A DNA stretch of 63,900 bases, counting the filler, from Reclinomonas americana ATCC 50394 (Eukaryota): assembly GCA_048213135.1 (NCBI GenBank). It is 6 parts of 2 records of this genome, joined end to end, with 100 filler letters (N's around TTAATTAATTAA, not from the genome) between each part and the next. Parts side by side here need not be neighbours in the genome. Positions count along the whole stretch, not along the records: positions 36,776 to 43,072 come from PS015082.1; positions 43,173 to 57,019 come from PS015082.1; 4 more parts are not named here. One strand, written 5' to 3'. The translations under genes and the position numbers were made by a program. Within the stretch, counting starts at the first letter, position 1. Every line of letters starts with the position of its first letter. Under the pieces are notes generated by a model. That model had not been told where the DNA came from. It ran no database searches and was given only the letters and a program-made list of their open reading frames with translations. This document shows, piece after piece, positions 41,201 to 54,617 of the stretch.

Positions 41201-43019
41201 ACCCGCGCGCAGAGTGCTGGTGCCTGTGCAGGTACGGTTTTTCCTTTTCGTCCTTGCAGTGTCTTGTGTGGTGTGCCTCACTCTTGTGATTGTCAGGTGA
41301 CACAACCATGAGTACCAGTGGATGCAAATGGTGTGATACTGCGGCATCCTGTCGTTGAGCATGGTGTTGCTTGCTCACTACCAAGGTCCTCTGTTGTGTT
41401 CCTGCAGGTGCAACCAATCTGGTCAGGTTCGTGCGCTGGGCGACTGGACAAAGTCGACACAGTCGTCAACGCGCGGCTATTGCGTCAACTCGGGCACATC
41501 TTGCAGCAACAGTGTCACTGGCATGACAGCCGCTGTGAACATGCTTGTCAACCAGGATGCTGTTGTGGCGTACCCGGTGCACGACAAGTGGAAGGAGAAC
41601 GGCGACCAGGTGCTGGAGGAGGTGTTCCCGAACCGCTTTGCGTACTACAAGATTGCACCGCCGCATCGGTGAGTTGTTGTTTCTACAATCGCGTGCTATG
41701 GTCTATTCTTTCTCTCCCCCTTGTTCTGACCTCCACCGACCACAATGCAGCAACTTTGACCTGCATGTGATGGCGCGGAGCATCGACTATCTGCGACTGG
41801 GCGACAACCTGGACATGTACATTCAGCGCAATGCGGCTCCGACGACGTCGTCGTGGGCGTTCACGTCAGTGCGCGAGAGCAATCCGTGGGCGATTGATGT
41901 GTACTCTGAGGATTTGTGGGCGAACGGTTTGTTGTGGATTTTGTGTGCGAGTGGTGTGGTGTTGCTGAGCTCTCACGATCACGCCATTCTGTTGTACAGC
42001 TGGGTGCACGACGTCTGGATGCAATCCGTACTTCATTGGCGTGATGGGCGACAATCAGTTCCCGCAGAAGAGTGGGGCGTCACAGTATCAGATGCAAGTG
42101 TGGCTTGGTGCGCTCGTGTTGATCGATGGTGGGGTTGCTGCCATTGTGTTGGTTTTGGCTGCTCACGGTCGTCCATCATGACAGAGATGAACTTTACTGA
42201 TTTCACATGTGCGGACGCCAGCAGCAACAACTGCCTCAATCTCAAGATCCGTGACGGTACTACGGTGTCGGCGGGCGTTACTGCCATGCTTCTGTCGACG
42301 GCCGATTCTACCGGCAATGCAAATACTGATGCAGTGACGGTTCGTTGTGATTGGTGCCGGTGGCTTGTGACATGGACTCGAGTGGCTCACTTGCACTGCT
42401 ACTGTCATGTACAGTTTGTTGCCGACGATTTGACGCCTGCCAACAATGTCATGCGGCTGACGAAGCAGAAGGCCGGGTCGATTCTGTCGCTGACCGATCG
42501 CCATCGCCGCTCGCACGTGTACTATGGCGATCAGCTGTATCTGAAGAACGGTTTCGAGGCTCGTTTCCGGTTCCGCATCTCGTCGCTGGGTCTCTGCACA
42601 GAACTCGACGGGTGCGTGCTCGCGCAGCGTGTGTGCGCAAGGCGAGGTGGTGCCGAGTCGAGTGTCTGACATTGCCAGAATACGTGTGCAGATTCTGCGG
42701 TGGCGGCGACGGATTTGCTCTCGTGTTCGCCAAGAGCTCGACGACTTCCAGTCGTGTTCCGACGGCGTGGCAGACGGCAAATAAGTTTGCAGTGGGCAAG
42801 GGCATTGGGTACGAGGGACTGTCGGATGTGTTGGCGATCGAGTTCGACACGTGGTTCAACAAGGACTACTACGACCCGAAGCAGGTTTCTTCTTGATCTC
42901 ATTATTGTATTGCAAGCCGACGAAAAGCACACGGTACTCACCGAGGTGGTGCAGGGCGTGGAGCATTGGTGGATCAACGCGACCGAGTACGTTAGCTATG
43001 CCGACAACCATGTGGCAGG
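38213..43019 (+). CDS. Large secreted protein: Ig-like repeats, GSGY repeats, PSI-like, PPC-like and legume (ConA-like) lectin domains (3' truncated)
   Basis: Signal peptide; P..LTITGTGL...GxYxVC modules; GCKWC...GYC; GFEARFRF, GGDGFALV, GIGYEGL..LAIEFDTWFN and NHVA lectin motifs. Confidence 0.75.
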
Positions 43020-43116
43020 TGAGTTTGTTGGTGATGGCAAAGAGACACAGCCTGTGATTGACCGTTGGGGTCNNNNNNNNNNNNNNNNNNNNNNNNNNNN
43101 NNNNNNNNNNNNNNNN

Positions 43117-43128
43117 TTAATTAATTAA
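43117..43128. other. Artificial scaffold linker
   Basis: TTAATTAATTAA in Ns. Confidence 0.97.
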
Positions 43129-43400
43129 NNNNNNNNNNNNNNNNNNNNNNNNNNNNNNNNNNNNNNNNNNNNTCGAATCGTGCTCACTGCGCCTTTTTAT
43201 GTCTCGTGTGCAGCGGTTGTGTGGCGTACTGAACTGGTGTGTCAGCAATTCTGCGACTGTTCTTTTCCCTATTGTATGTTTTCTCTCCTTGCTATCCCAC
43301 TGTGCGCCGTTTCTCTACTTCTTCTTCTTCTGCGGTCCACGAATTCCGCCGCGGACTCGCTTCGCCAATGTACTCATCTCCCTCGGTGCACGTATCACTT

Positions 43401-46400
43401 TCATTGGTGCGGAGGCTGCTGTCGCAGTGGGGGGATCTGACCGATGAAGCGCGGTGTGGCTTGGGGAAACGGCGGAACTGTGAGTTGCCACGGTCGCTGC
43501 TCTTGCGCCGGCGCCCGCTGCAGTGACTACCACAAATCAGCAGAGTGCACATAGTGGATTATCGCTTCACGACAAATTCGCAGCTCACCAGTGCAGGCGG
43601 AGGTGGCAACAACTGTGCGAGCACACGAGGACTCGCCACCGCCGGAGCGTACGTAGCCGATGACAACGGCGGTGGGGGAGCCATACGAAGAGGTGGCGAC
43701 AGGAGGGATGCGGTCGGCTGCGACAGAGGTGGCGGTGGTGGTGGTGGTGGCGGAGGCGGGGGAGGGAGTCGCGGTCGACTCACCACCTCCGTATTCTCGT
43801 CTTCGTCAACGGACAAACTACCCATCGAGTAACTGTCAAAGCCGTACTCTTCGTCATCTTGAGCCGCCACTGCGGTGGCTGCTTGAGAGAATGCAGTTTC
43901 TGCCAACGGCGCCGGTTGTGGTGTCGCACTGACGGCGTACTGTCCTGCCCGCGATGCCTCGGGGACGGCAGTTGCCTGCAAGACAGCAACGAAGTGTTGG
44001 TCGTGGTAGGCGAGGGAAAGGCAGCCGAGATCGTCAGGCTTACCTGTCCAGCCGACACAGATAGTCCGCGAATCACTACATTTACAGCCCAAATGATGAG
44101 TTGCAAGCTTGCAGATTCCACACAATGAACATATGTTTACCTGGAGGGCGACGGGCCAAGGCCTCCAAGTCACTCATTGTCGGCGGTAGCAACTGTAAGC
44201 GTGGCACAGACATGTCCACTGTCGTCGTATGCCGCGGGGTCGGCGAGGCAGCAGTTGCGCGTGCCTTTGTCTGGCGTACATTATGATTACAATGAGCCGT
44301 CAGACACGCATCCACATGAGCAAGCATCAACACACCTTGCCGATGGCTGACGACAGCAGCGTGTCGGGCCATCGCCGTCCGCCATAGGCCACATCCTCGA
44401 AGCCATCGAGCGAACACCACGCGGATGGATGCCGAAGGAAGCGCCAGAAGGGCATGAACGGAGATGGCATACCGTTGACTGGAGTGCCGGCGGGAGACTG
44501 CGCCAAGTGCGCCTGGTATCTTTGCGTACAGGACCGCATGCTGCGCTGGTACAAGACAACGAGCAGGAGAAGGCAGCCGACGAGGACCGCGCCAACACAG
44601 ATGACAACGTAAAACCACCACGGTCGACCCGGCGAGGTCGGCGGTGGTGTGTCTGTGAAGAATCTCCGAGTGAGGGACATTTGCTTCAGTGAACCTCACA
44701 GCTCAGCGATGTGAACAAACCGACAAAGACAGCAGCAGCGGTAGGCGACAGAGAGTATTGACTCGAGTACGCATCAACAGGAGATAGCCTTGCCAGGTAC
44801 ACCACGTGGCGCAACGCCCATGGCGCGTCACGCACAGGCACAAACACGGCTCGGTTCACCACCTGTGACAGCATCTCAGGTGCGCGACGAGGGGAGAGGT
44901 GCCTGTCGGTCGACGACGTGCAACTCACCGGCGTCGCTGTGCCATCCAGTGCGATTGGACCAGGAGAGCACGATCCAGTCACGCGTGTCACATTTCGATA
45001 CTCGGCCACCGCGCCTGTCACGCTGTCAACGGCTGCAAGCTGCCGAGGCCGATGAAGAAGTGGGTCAGGGAATTGCGTGGCTACAAGAGAGGCCGCGGAG
45101 ATACTACCAACCTGCAAGTAGAAATCCTGCTGATTGCGGACGACGTGTTCGCAGACGTATTCGACCACCAACTCGCTCTGTGCGTATTGCTCGAGTGGAT
45201 CCACTGTCTGTGATGCACGGGTCCAGCTGGCGCTGACTCGCGGTACTGTGCACACTATCCTCGTGAGTTGACTCTTGATCGATCAGCCACATGCGCAGAG
45301 CGAACCAAAGAGTGCGAACGACCGCGAGGTGGCCAGTCGGTTCAAGTTGCTCGTGTCCTCAACCACCAATGCGTACTCGGCTGTCGAGGCGGCGCCGAGG
45401 TCATTCAAACGTGATCCGACAGCTCCGAAATCGATGGGCAGTGTCGCGTTGTAGAGGATAGAATAAGCAGTCACCAGAGTGGACAGAGTCGTCCATGGTG
45501 AATCTATCAGCCGAAAGCAAAAGTGAGACAAGTGAGAGGAAACGCAACGAATACTGCCTCGCGACAGTCAACATGACGCACCTGTATCTGGTCGACTGAC
45601 CAGGCGCAGATTCACTTGCTGCACGTCGACCTGGGTGAGAACGTTGACACTGGCCGCACCTGCACACAAGAAAGCTGAGGATCGACTGAACTACAGAATG
45701 ACATGCATCATTCCTGGTACTCACTGCCAAAGTACACGATGCTGTCCAAGGTGGTGTTTGCCGAGGCGCCTACCAGTGGCTGGCCAATGAGCACCTTCTC
45801 CGAGAAAGTGGAAGTGGCTGTGGATTGTGTGAGTCGCTTATCAATAAAAGGCGGCGCAACACTCTCTCATGTGCGCAACTGCAGCGCAGTATGTCGCCAA
45901 AATTCGACCAGCCGACTTCGTTTTCTGCCTGTGCTCGCAGGTAATACACCGTGTTGGAGAGTAGATTCGAAAACGTGGCATCCGGCTGAATGTCGTAAAA
46001 GTACGTCACGCTGGTGGTGTTCGTGGCCTGAAACGTATTCTCCCGGGATAACTGGACGAGAAAGCGACGAGTCAGCGGACTGCCGTTGTTGCTCGCTGGA
46101 TCGCGCACGGCCGCGCGGAGTGAAAACATGGTCAGTTCCGCCAGGTACACCACCGGTGGCGATGGGACCGTCGGCGTGGCTATCAAAGGGCAACACAGGA
46201 GTCAGCGCAGCAGGGACACACACACGAGTGTCGAACGCTGTGAATGGACGCAACCAACAACAAGCGGGCCTGCGTACGTGTAGGTCGAGTCGCCGGCCAG
46301 TAGGACGCAGACAACATAGCTTCCAATCGGTGGCGCGACACCCAGGGTAACGGCCAAACTGGAAGGCGGCACGATGGATGTGGCCCCCGTTAAAACAAGG

Positions 46401-49400
46401 GTGCCTGTCACACCGGGACCGGTGACCGAGCATCTCTGCCCAGGCTCCAGTCGCACTTGTGCACCAGTGGTCAAGCCGTAGCCCTGCACTGTGAATACGG
46501 CTGTTGTGCTGCTGGCCACGTTGGTCGGCTTAACACGCTCATACACGCGCGCGACTTGAAAACACGATAACGCTGGTAAGCAATCTCAAGAAACTGACGC
46601 AAGCGGTTCGACAGAAACAACGCACAAAAGACGATCTGCGAGGCCGACACTGCAGTAAAGGTCGTCGTTCCCGGATGCATGATGCACACGCTGTAGGAGC
46701 CTGGGGGCACGCCATAGTCGCCAGGGTTGACAGTGAGTGTGGACGCGTACGCTTCAGCGGCGTCTGAAAGCAACCGCAAGCCGCGCATGGTGATCGTGCC
46801 GCTCGTCGGCAAAGCTCCCACTGGACCAGTGCACGTGACGCCGGGCTCTACTCTCACAACAGCTGCTGTGGACAGACCCAAGCCAGTCACTGTTAGTGTG
46901 GCCTGCGGATCGCCACCCAATGCGCTGTTTGGAGAGAAGCTGGATGTGGATGGCACTGCAAAGGCAGATGAGCAGCAGTCCTGTTGGTTGTGAAGACAAA
47001 CAAACACTGTTGTACGTCGCGCACCGGCAGAGAGTTGCGTGGTCGCCGTCGCGTCGAAAACCGGGGTGGTACCACCGACGGCCACACACACACGCCAGGT
47101 CCCCGTGCCAAGCACGCCAGCCGCCACGCTAGCTGTCAGCAGTGTCTCGGTAGAGTCGAGTGCCGACACAGAGAGTGGGAGTCGTGCACTCGGGTCACTG
47201 GCCACCGTGGTAGAGCACGATGCTGTCGACGGGATAAAGTAGATCACATCGAGACCGGCAGACAAGAAGCGGCCGGTCACTGTCAGAGTTACGGCAGTCC
47301 ACGCGCTCACAGTGGTTGGAGTCAGTGACAGTGCAACAGGCTGGCCTCCCGTGGCTCGCGTGGCTGTGCAACGATTGTGCACAATGAGTGCGAGAAGTGC
47401 TGCGAACAATACTCTATTCTATAATACTCACCAACAGACACAGTGGAGCCGGTGTCCGCGTACGTTGAATTGATGAGCCACTTGACGCACAAGCGGTAGG
47501 TGCCGAGTGCAGCGCCTGTCACATCCACTCGGAGGACCGTAGAGTTGCGCGGATCGGTGGCCGGATTCGACGCGGCAGTGAAGCTGATCACGGTGATTGA
47601 TGATGCGGCGAGCGCGGTGGGCGACATGCATGTGGTGGTGGACAACACAAAGGCGTTGGGGTAGCCGGTGGTGTCCGTGAGTGCACACCCGGTCTGCGCG
47701 ATGATATCGGCAGCAAGTGAGGCTACTTGACTAAATGTGAAGCAACTCGGCATCGGCACTCACCAGCGTGATCAACTGATTCGAGGCAGCTGGAATTTGA
47801 TTTGTCGACATGAACATGATGCCTGTGAATGAAGCAGCGCGTTCAGCGACAGCGCAGAGCACTTTTCCCCTCTTGCAGCACTCACCACTGCCGCTGGTGA
47901 CAAAGCGAAGCAGGGAGTTGGCGGTGTCGGCCACAATCCAATCGGAGCCACTTCCGCGCATCCACAATCCAGTAGGCGCGCTGAAGCGCGCTGCGAGCCC
48001 CGCGCCATTGGCGTAACCAGCAACGCCGCCTGTGGAGCCGGCAAGAGTCGCTACGGTCCCATTGCCTCCGACGGCGAGTACTCGCAAACGATGTCCGCCC
48101 TGTAACATTGAACGGAAGGGAGTGAGGGAGCGCGGTGCAGACAGCCGGTCGCACAGCAAGCAACTCATCAAATCGGACCTTTTCAACAAAGAAAACAACG
48201 CTCTGCGCCGAGTCGTACACCAATCCGGTAGGGGTGCTCAGAGACGCGACACCGAGCGGAGGTGGATACGACGCGTCGCCATCAACAGATCCAGCCGTCG
48301 GACCCAATCCTGCCAGCCGAGTTACGCGGCCCAGTCCTCCGTTTCCGCTCGGGTCGACGCGCACGACAGAATGCGAGCCGGCCACCAAGTAGGAGCCGTC
48401 ATCCAAGGCAGCAACGTCGATTGGTGACCTGCGGAGCACAACCACCAATTAGCGCCACTATCGTCGTTGCAGCTTCATGCGAGCGCTCGCAACGTTAACG
48501 TGGCGGCCGAGAGAAATCCCGTGGTCCACCCAGAAAAGCCGGTTCCTACCGCCGTCGACACGGTACCTGGGTGTGGGAATTTTGGTAAGGGCAGACAGAG
48601 CGAGGGAGAATCCGAATTGCAGCGCACTACGTACAGGTGGTGGTGGCAGTGCAGGTGCCCCCGGAGAGCCTTCGAACCTTGTGCACCGTCTGCAACGCAA
48701 CGCCATAAGATATGAGGCATGAGTTGAAGCGACAAGCGACAACATACCGGCTCTGTCACGAGAATGTCGCCCGACACCAACACCGAGAGTCCTTGCGGGC
48801 TGAAGAAACTGGCGGCTGTGCGTGCATTGCCGTCGGCGGTGCCAGAGAGGGAACTCGAGCCGGCCACCGTTGACACGGCGGTGGTGGCCAGATCCATGGC
48901 TCTCACTCCGTACTGCTCGGTCCACAACAGACGATTCAGTGACGCTTGGTACGTGAGCGACTGCGGGCTGGTCAGGCTCGCATCGGTACCCACGGCAGCG
49001 TCAACGCTTCCGGCAACGCCGTCCGCGCGTCCCGCCACTCGCTTTACGGTTCCATCGGGAGCAATACTTCGCACTCGATTCTGCAACTGTCATGCGGGTG
49101 AGTGATGAAGTAGCACGACGGTGAAGGTGGTCGTTCAAACAATACACACACCGATTCTGTAAAGTAAATAGTTTGCCCGACTTGCACGAGGTCCGCAGGG
49201 TTGCTCACGGTGGCCACCGCCAACGGGCCGTCCTTGCTACTTGTGTCGAATGGCGTGCCGACCATGTCGCACACTGACTGAGTCGCTGTGGTTCCCATGC
49301 GGTTAGGAGTCCATGAACAACAAAAAGCGGATCTGCAAATCCCTCCGCACTCACCGACGCGTACGGTTGCAATGGACACGTGAACCATGGTGGCTGCCAA

Positions 49401-52392
49401 TCGCAAGCACAAAAAGTAGGAGCCGGGCGCAACCGCACTGGTGTCAAACAAGACCGTGAGACGCGACGATGATCGGAGAGTGGCCCGTCCGAGCGCCACC
49501 GCAAACCCCGGACTGCGAGAAATCAATCAGCCAAGTGCACGGCGCAGCAGAGGCACAGTAAAATGAGCGCAACATTGCCGTGCAATCCGTGGAGAGTGCC
49601 ACCGCATTCGAGTCGAGCCGCACATCCAGAAATCCACCACCACCAATGGCAACCACCTGGACGGTGGTCGTGGCCAGGGTCACCGGATACACTGACGTCA
49701 CCGAGTCTGCGTCCGCACGTGTCAACAAACCCATCGGCGCACACGTCGACCTTGAAAACACGATACGCAACAGATGGTGAGCGGAAAGCCAGCGTCATCG
49801 TATCCACTGGCTGAGGTTGACACGGTCCACTGAATGCACAGCCGAGCAGTCCCGGCACTCACACCCGTGGCATCGATCGTCAGAGAGATCGCCTGAGCAA
49901 TCTTATCCACCAGCGTCACCGTCGTGGTGCCGAGCACCGTCGGCGCGGAACACGAGGTCGACGACAGCACGATTGGCGATCCACTCGCTTGAGAAAGATC
50001 AATGGCAATACCACAACCAAACTGCGACACGCACGCGCGCGGTCACAACGGATGGCTCAACACGATGCAATGAAGAACGCGCTACACAAACCAACTGCAC
50101 TTGCTGAGCGGCGGCGGCAGCAATCACGGGCGGCGTGACAAACATGACGGCTGGGAGCATGGCACGTAAGCAACACACATAAGGCTCACGCTGCGCATGA
50201 GAGGGAGGCTAAACCGTACCGCCAGCCATGGTTGCAAAGCGGATCTTGCGATTGCCCTGGGAGTGACGAAGAGAGAGAGAGAGAGAGACAGGGAAAAATA
50301 TGCTCGCGTCAAAGAAAGAGCCGAGGAGGAAAACACTGTGTGCAGACAACGGTACGCAACTGAGTCGGAGAGAATGAAATCACGAGCAGAAGGCTGCACG
50401 ATAACGTCCATGGGGTTGTTGAATGTGGCCGAAGCCAGCGCGCCGTCGTTCGCCCCCGAAATCCCAGTGCCAGCAATGGTCGACACAGTAAGTGGGTTTG
50501 AGAGGGTGAGTTGGCGCAACTTGTTACCCGCCGGCGCTGGAGCGACAAGTTGCTGTGATGCGGGGACACACATAGAGATGAGCCAGTGAGACCATGATAC
50601 AAGACGTGCGGGTGGCAGACCTGTTCGACGAAAAAGAGAGTGTTCGCGAGTGGGCTGCGAAGAAGGTGAGTGGGTGATGAGTTGACCAGCCACCACGCAA
50701 TCTTGCTCACCTGTACGCCACTCCAGCTGGATTCGTCAGCAGTGCAACAGTGGCGGCGGCGCCGTCGGTGCTGCCGCTCGTCGAATCTGCACCAGCCAGC
50801 CGGCTCACCGAGTTCCCGACAGCAGAGACGCTGACTAGATTGTGCGCTCCTCCAAAGTAAAATGAATTTGTCGCGCTCCCAGGCACGGAGGCAATGCCTG
50901 ACGGCGAACTGTGTGGCGAATGCATATCTAAGAAACTCTGCTTGCGGGATGAACGACATGAATGCAGTCACGCAACGTCATGGTTGATGCATTGAGGGCA
51001 CCAAACGACCACCCGGCAACACTGCCGAGCAGCGTGGACACCGTACCTAGATTGATACAGCGAGTGAGGCACAGGGTACGGCAGACACAGACGACAACAC
51101 ACGACGGCGCAACATGAGGATGAGAACTCGCACACGCCAGTTTGCAAGAGACGAATGCGGTTCTGGCTCTGTAGCAGACACGGCTTGTGATAAGAAGGCG
51201 ATACACCTATCTAGTAGCGAGTCCCAATGCTCCACTCAACATTGTCGGCAATCACCAGGGTGCCGTCGCCGAGCACAGCGACTCCGTCGGCACGATCAAA
51301 CGTGGCGACGGTCAGTGCATCGCCGTCGGTGGTGCCCACCGAACCCTGCCCCGCCAGCGTGGTGACGCCAAAATACACAAGCTCAAGGGCGCGGACACGC
51401 CTGCCGGCCCACTCGCTGAAAATGATACGCGAGTTGTTGCTGTCGTACGTCATGCGCCGTGGACTCTGCAGGCGCGCCTGCGAGCCCTCCAGTGCATCGG
51501 TGGACGCCACTGACGCACCATACACGCCAGCTACGGTCTCCACTCTGTGCATTGACACCATGCGCAGTGAGTACGTGCACTGAAAAAACTCGGGAGGGTG
51601 GCTAGCTGTCACACAACGTTCCATCGACGCGGATTCGTCGAATGGTGTTGGCATTCTGACCCACAAAAATAGACGACAGTGAGCGATGCAGAGAGAAGAA
51701 AGGGGCTGAACAAGCGCGCACCGGGTCTCCATCGGCCACATACACGTCGCCATTGACTTGCAAGAGACCCCACGGCGCCGAAAACTGCGCAATCGTCCGA
51801 TCGCCATCCGCTGCACCAGCCGAGCCCAGACCCTGCAGCCACAGACACAGACACACAAGACGCAGTGGGCTCTCTCCATCCATCCATCCATTCACGCGTG
51901 CCAGAAAGCAAACGAAACAGCATAGAGACACACTCCGCCACCGACTTGCACGGTGATCGCCGGGCCCTCATCGACCACTCCCGTATCCACAAACCGCACA
52001 CACACGCTGTACACCAGAGGCGCCATGGTCGCACCCGCAGGCACCACAAACGCCACCGTCGCCGCGGCCCCACCCGTCTGCACCGCCAGCACACTCCCAC
52101 TGGGACACGCAGGCCACGCAGCACCCGTGCACGCAGTCCCTTGCTGCACAATCGACACCTGCGCATTGGCGGGCGTGGTGAAGCGCGTCATCCCGCCCGT
52201 CTCTTGCACCACCAGCGTGTTGGTGAAGCCCGAGAGGAGAATCGCCTCGGGTGTCACTTGCAGACCGCGCACAGGATCCATCACCAGCACCAGCAGTGCA
52301 AGCACCACTGTCCACATCACAGACACCACTCTTCTCCCGCGCTTGTGCGGTCGCCACTGTGCGTCGCGAAACAGACCGCCTGTCCGAAACAT
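43401..52392 (-). CDS. Giant type I membrane protein: Ig-like modules alternating with NHL-repeat propellers, Fn3-like, TM, Pro-rich tail
   Basis: Signal MWTVVLALLVLVMDPVRG; NHL motifs (TLAGQGSVGTTDG..ATF..A.GV, TIAGTG.SGANDG..ATFNNP, ARFSAPTGL, ADTANSLLR); Fn3-like NTVYYLRAQAENEVGWS; TM WWFYVVICVGAVLVGCLLLLVVLY; poly-Pro tail. Confidence 0.75.
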
Positions 52393-52580
52393 GAAAGAAG
52401 CAGACACAGACGCAGAGTGGAGAACAAAGGCGTGCAGGCAGCACACACACGAGCAGAGAGAGAGAAAGAGAGAGACAGTGGAAGACGAGTGAGTGGAGGA
52501 AGGCGCAGTGGTGGACGCGCGATGTGAAACTTGGGACCAGTCGCTGCTCGCACTGTCCTCTTTGCTTACCACTCTCTCAC

Positions 52581-54541
52581 ATGCGCGGCCTTGTTCTCCT
52601 GGCCGTGATCACTCTCATCGTCGTCTGTGCGCAGTGCACAGCGGCCGCGCGGTCCATTGACTCGTACGGAGCAATTGCGGGGCGTGTGTTCACCAATGAG
52701 GTGGCGCAGGTGAATGCAAAGGCGGTGCAGGCGACGTTGCTGGCGGCCGCCGCCCCCAACAGCACCGATCGAGTGGCGCTGGTGCCTGCGGGCAAGGAGT
52801 ACTACCTCTTTCCGGTGCTTGTCGACAGCGTGAGCGATCTCACGTTGCAGGTCGACGGCACCATTGTCGCCTCGAACAACATCACTGCGTGGTCAGTCAT
52901 AAAGTCAGTCAATACATGCTCAGTCAGGCTGCTTATTATGATCATCAAGGCCGTGCGATCCCAAGGACGGATACCCCGACTTCTTGGCCTTCACGAACAG
53001 CCACAATGTGACGGTGCTTGGGCGGGGTGCGATTGATGGACTCGGGTATGATTGGTGGGAGGCCGATATTTTGGTCAAGCTCAAGCACCAGCGCCCGCGT
53101 CTCTTGTCGTTTGAGGTGTCGACGAGCTTGGCGGTGCATGACTTGACGCTGGTCGACTCGCCCTCGTATCACGTGTGGATGCACGATGTGGTGTGTGTAT
53201 TGACGCGCCCGCGGGGGTTATTGTGTCTTTTTTTCTCAGTGGTTTGCTGGTGGGGTCCAGGTGGATGTGGTCTCGCACAACTTGGTGGTGCGTGTCAACG
53301 TCGAGAAGCAGATGGCGTTGCATCGGCGCTTCGGAGTCGTCGACAACCGAGGCATTCCGCTGTTCCCGCTCAACACGGTGCGTTCGTCTCGTTTCTCCGG
53401 CCACCTGTGTCTCGTTTGTGTGTGCTCATGTGGAGCGGGGGCCTTGCAGGATGGCATTGACCCGGCTGGTCGTAACGTGCGTGGCGCAAAAGGCCACGAG
53501 CTGCGTTGTTTGTTGGTTTATTGAATAGCAGCGTCCTTGTTTGTGTTTCCGCAGATCTTGATCACCAACTTTACGTGCGAGAACTACGACGATGGTGAGC
53601 ACGGGCGCTCCAGAAGTTCACTGTAGTCACTTGCCGCCTCGCGACTGACTCGCCTCCTGCTGCGCAGTGGTGGCCGTCAAGCCCATGAACGGCAATGGCA
53701 AGCTGGCCACGTGCAGCGAGAATATCTGTTGCGTGCGCTCGTCGCCTTTCACTTTTGTTTGCCCGTGTGTGTGACACCTGCCTGCAGTGGTGCGCGACTC
53801 GAACGTGCGTCTCGGCGTCGGCATGACGATCGGGTCGGTGCCGCCGAATGAGTTGCGTCCCCGCCGCAGGAAAAAAGAAACGTGCCGCCTGCTGATCGTG
53901 TCTGTGTCGCGCAGCCAAGTGAACTGCATCCGCAACGTCACCTTCATCAACGTCAAGTTCGACGAGCCCTTCAAGGCCATCTACATCAAGAGCAACCCCG
54001 GCGACCACGGCTCCGGCATTGTCGACAACATCCTGTACCAAGATATTCAGATCATCCGTCCCGTGTGGTTTGGTGCGTGCCCAGACGGCTGCCGCTTCTT
54101 GCCGCTCCCCGCGCTTTCCCTCGCTGAAATGGTCGACATCTTCTCCTGTTCACAGGCATCTACATTGGCCCGCAGCAGCAAAAGCAGCCCGACGGTGGCG
54201 GTGCGTGTGCGCGCGCACGTGCTTGAACCCTTTGCCTCCTTCGTTTGCAACTCATCGTCTGCACAGGTCCCGGCTGCATGCTGTACCCGCTGGAGCCCAA
54301 GTGCCCGACGCAGCCACGCGTGCCCTTCACCAACATCACCCTGCGCAACGTCTTTGTGCTCGAGCCGCTGCTGCCGTACGCCGGCGTCCTCCGCTGCAAC
54401 TCCACCAACCCGTGCACCGATTGGCTGTTCGACAATGTGCACGTGCAGGGCCTGCCCGACAACGATCCACCCAAGTACATTTGCGAGAACATTGTGCGCT
54501 CCAGTGCGATCAACACGGACCCCATGCCCGGCTGCTTCTGA
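52581..54541 (+). CDS. Glycoside hydrolase family 28 (polygalacturonase-like), secreted
   Basis: Signal peptide; LQVDGTI, GRGAIDGLGYDWW, DSPSYH, NTDGID, DDVVAVK, G.GMTIGS and YIKS. Confidence 0.85.
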
Positions 54542-54617
54542 GCAGTGGTGAAGGGTGAAGTGTGGAGAATGAAATCGATCGATTGGTCACACCAACCCTT
54601 TTCTTAAACTGTTCGCC

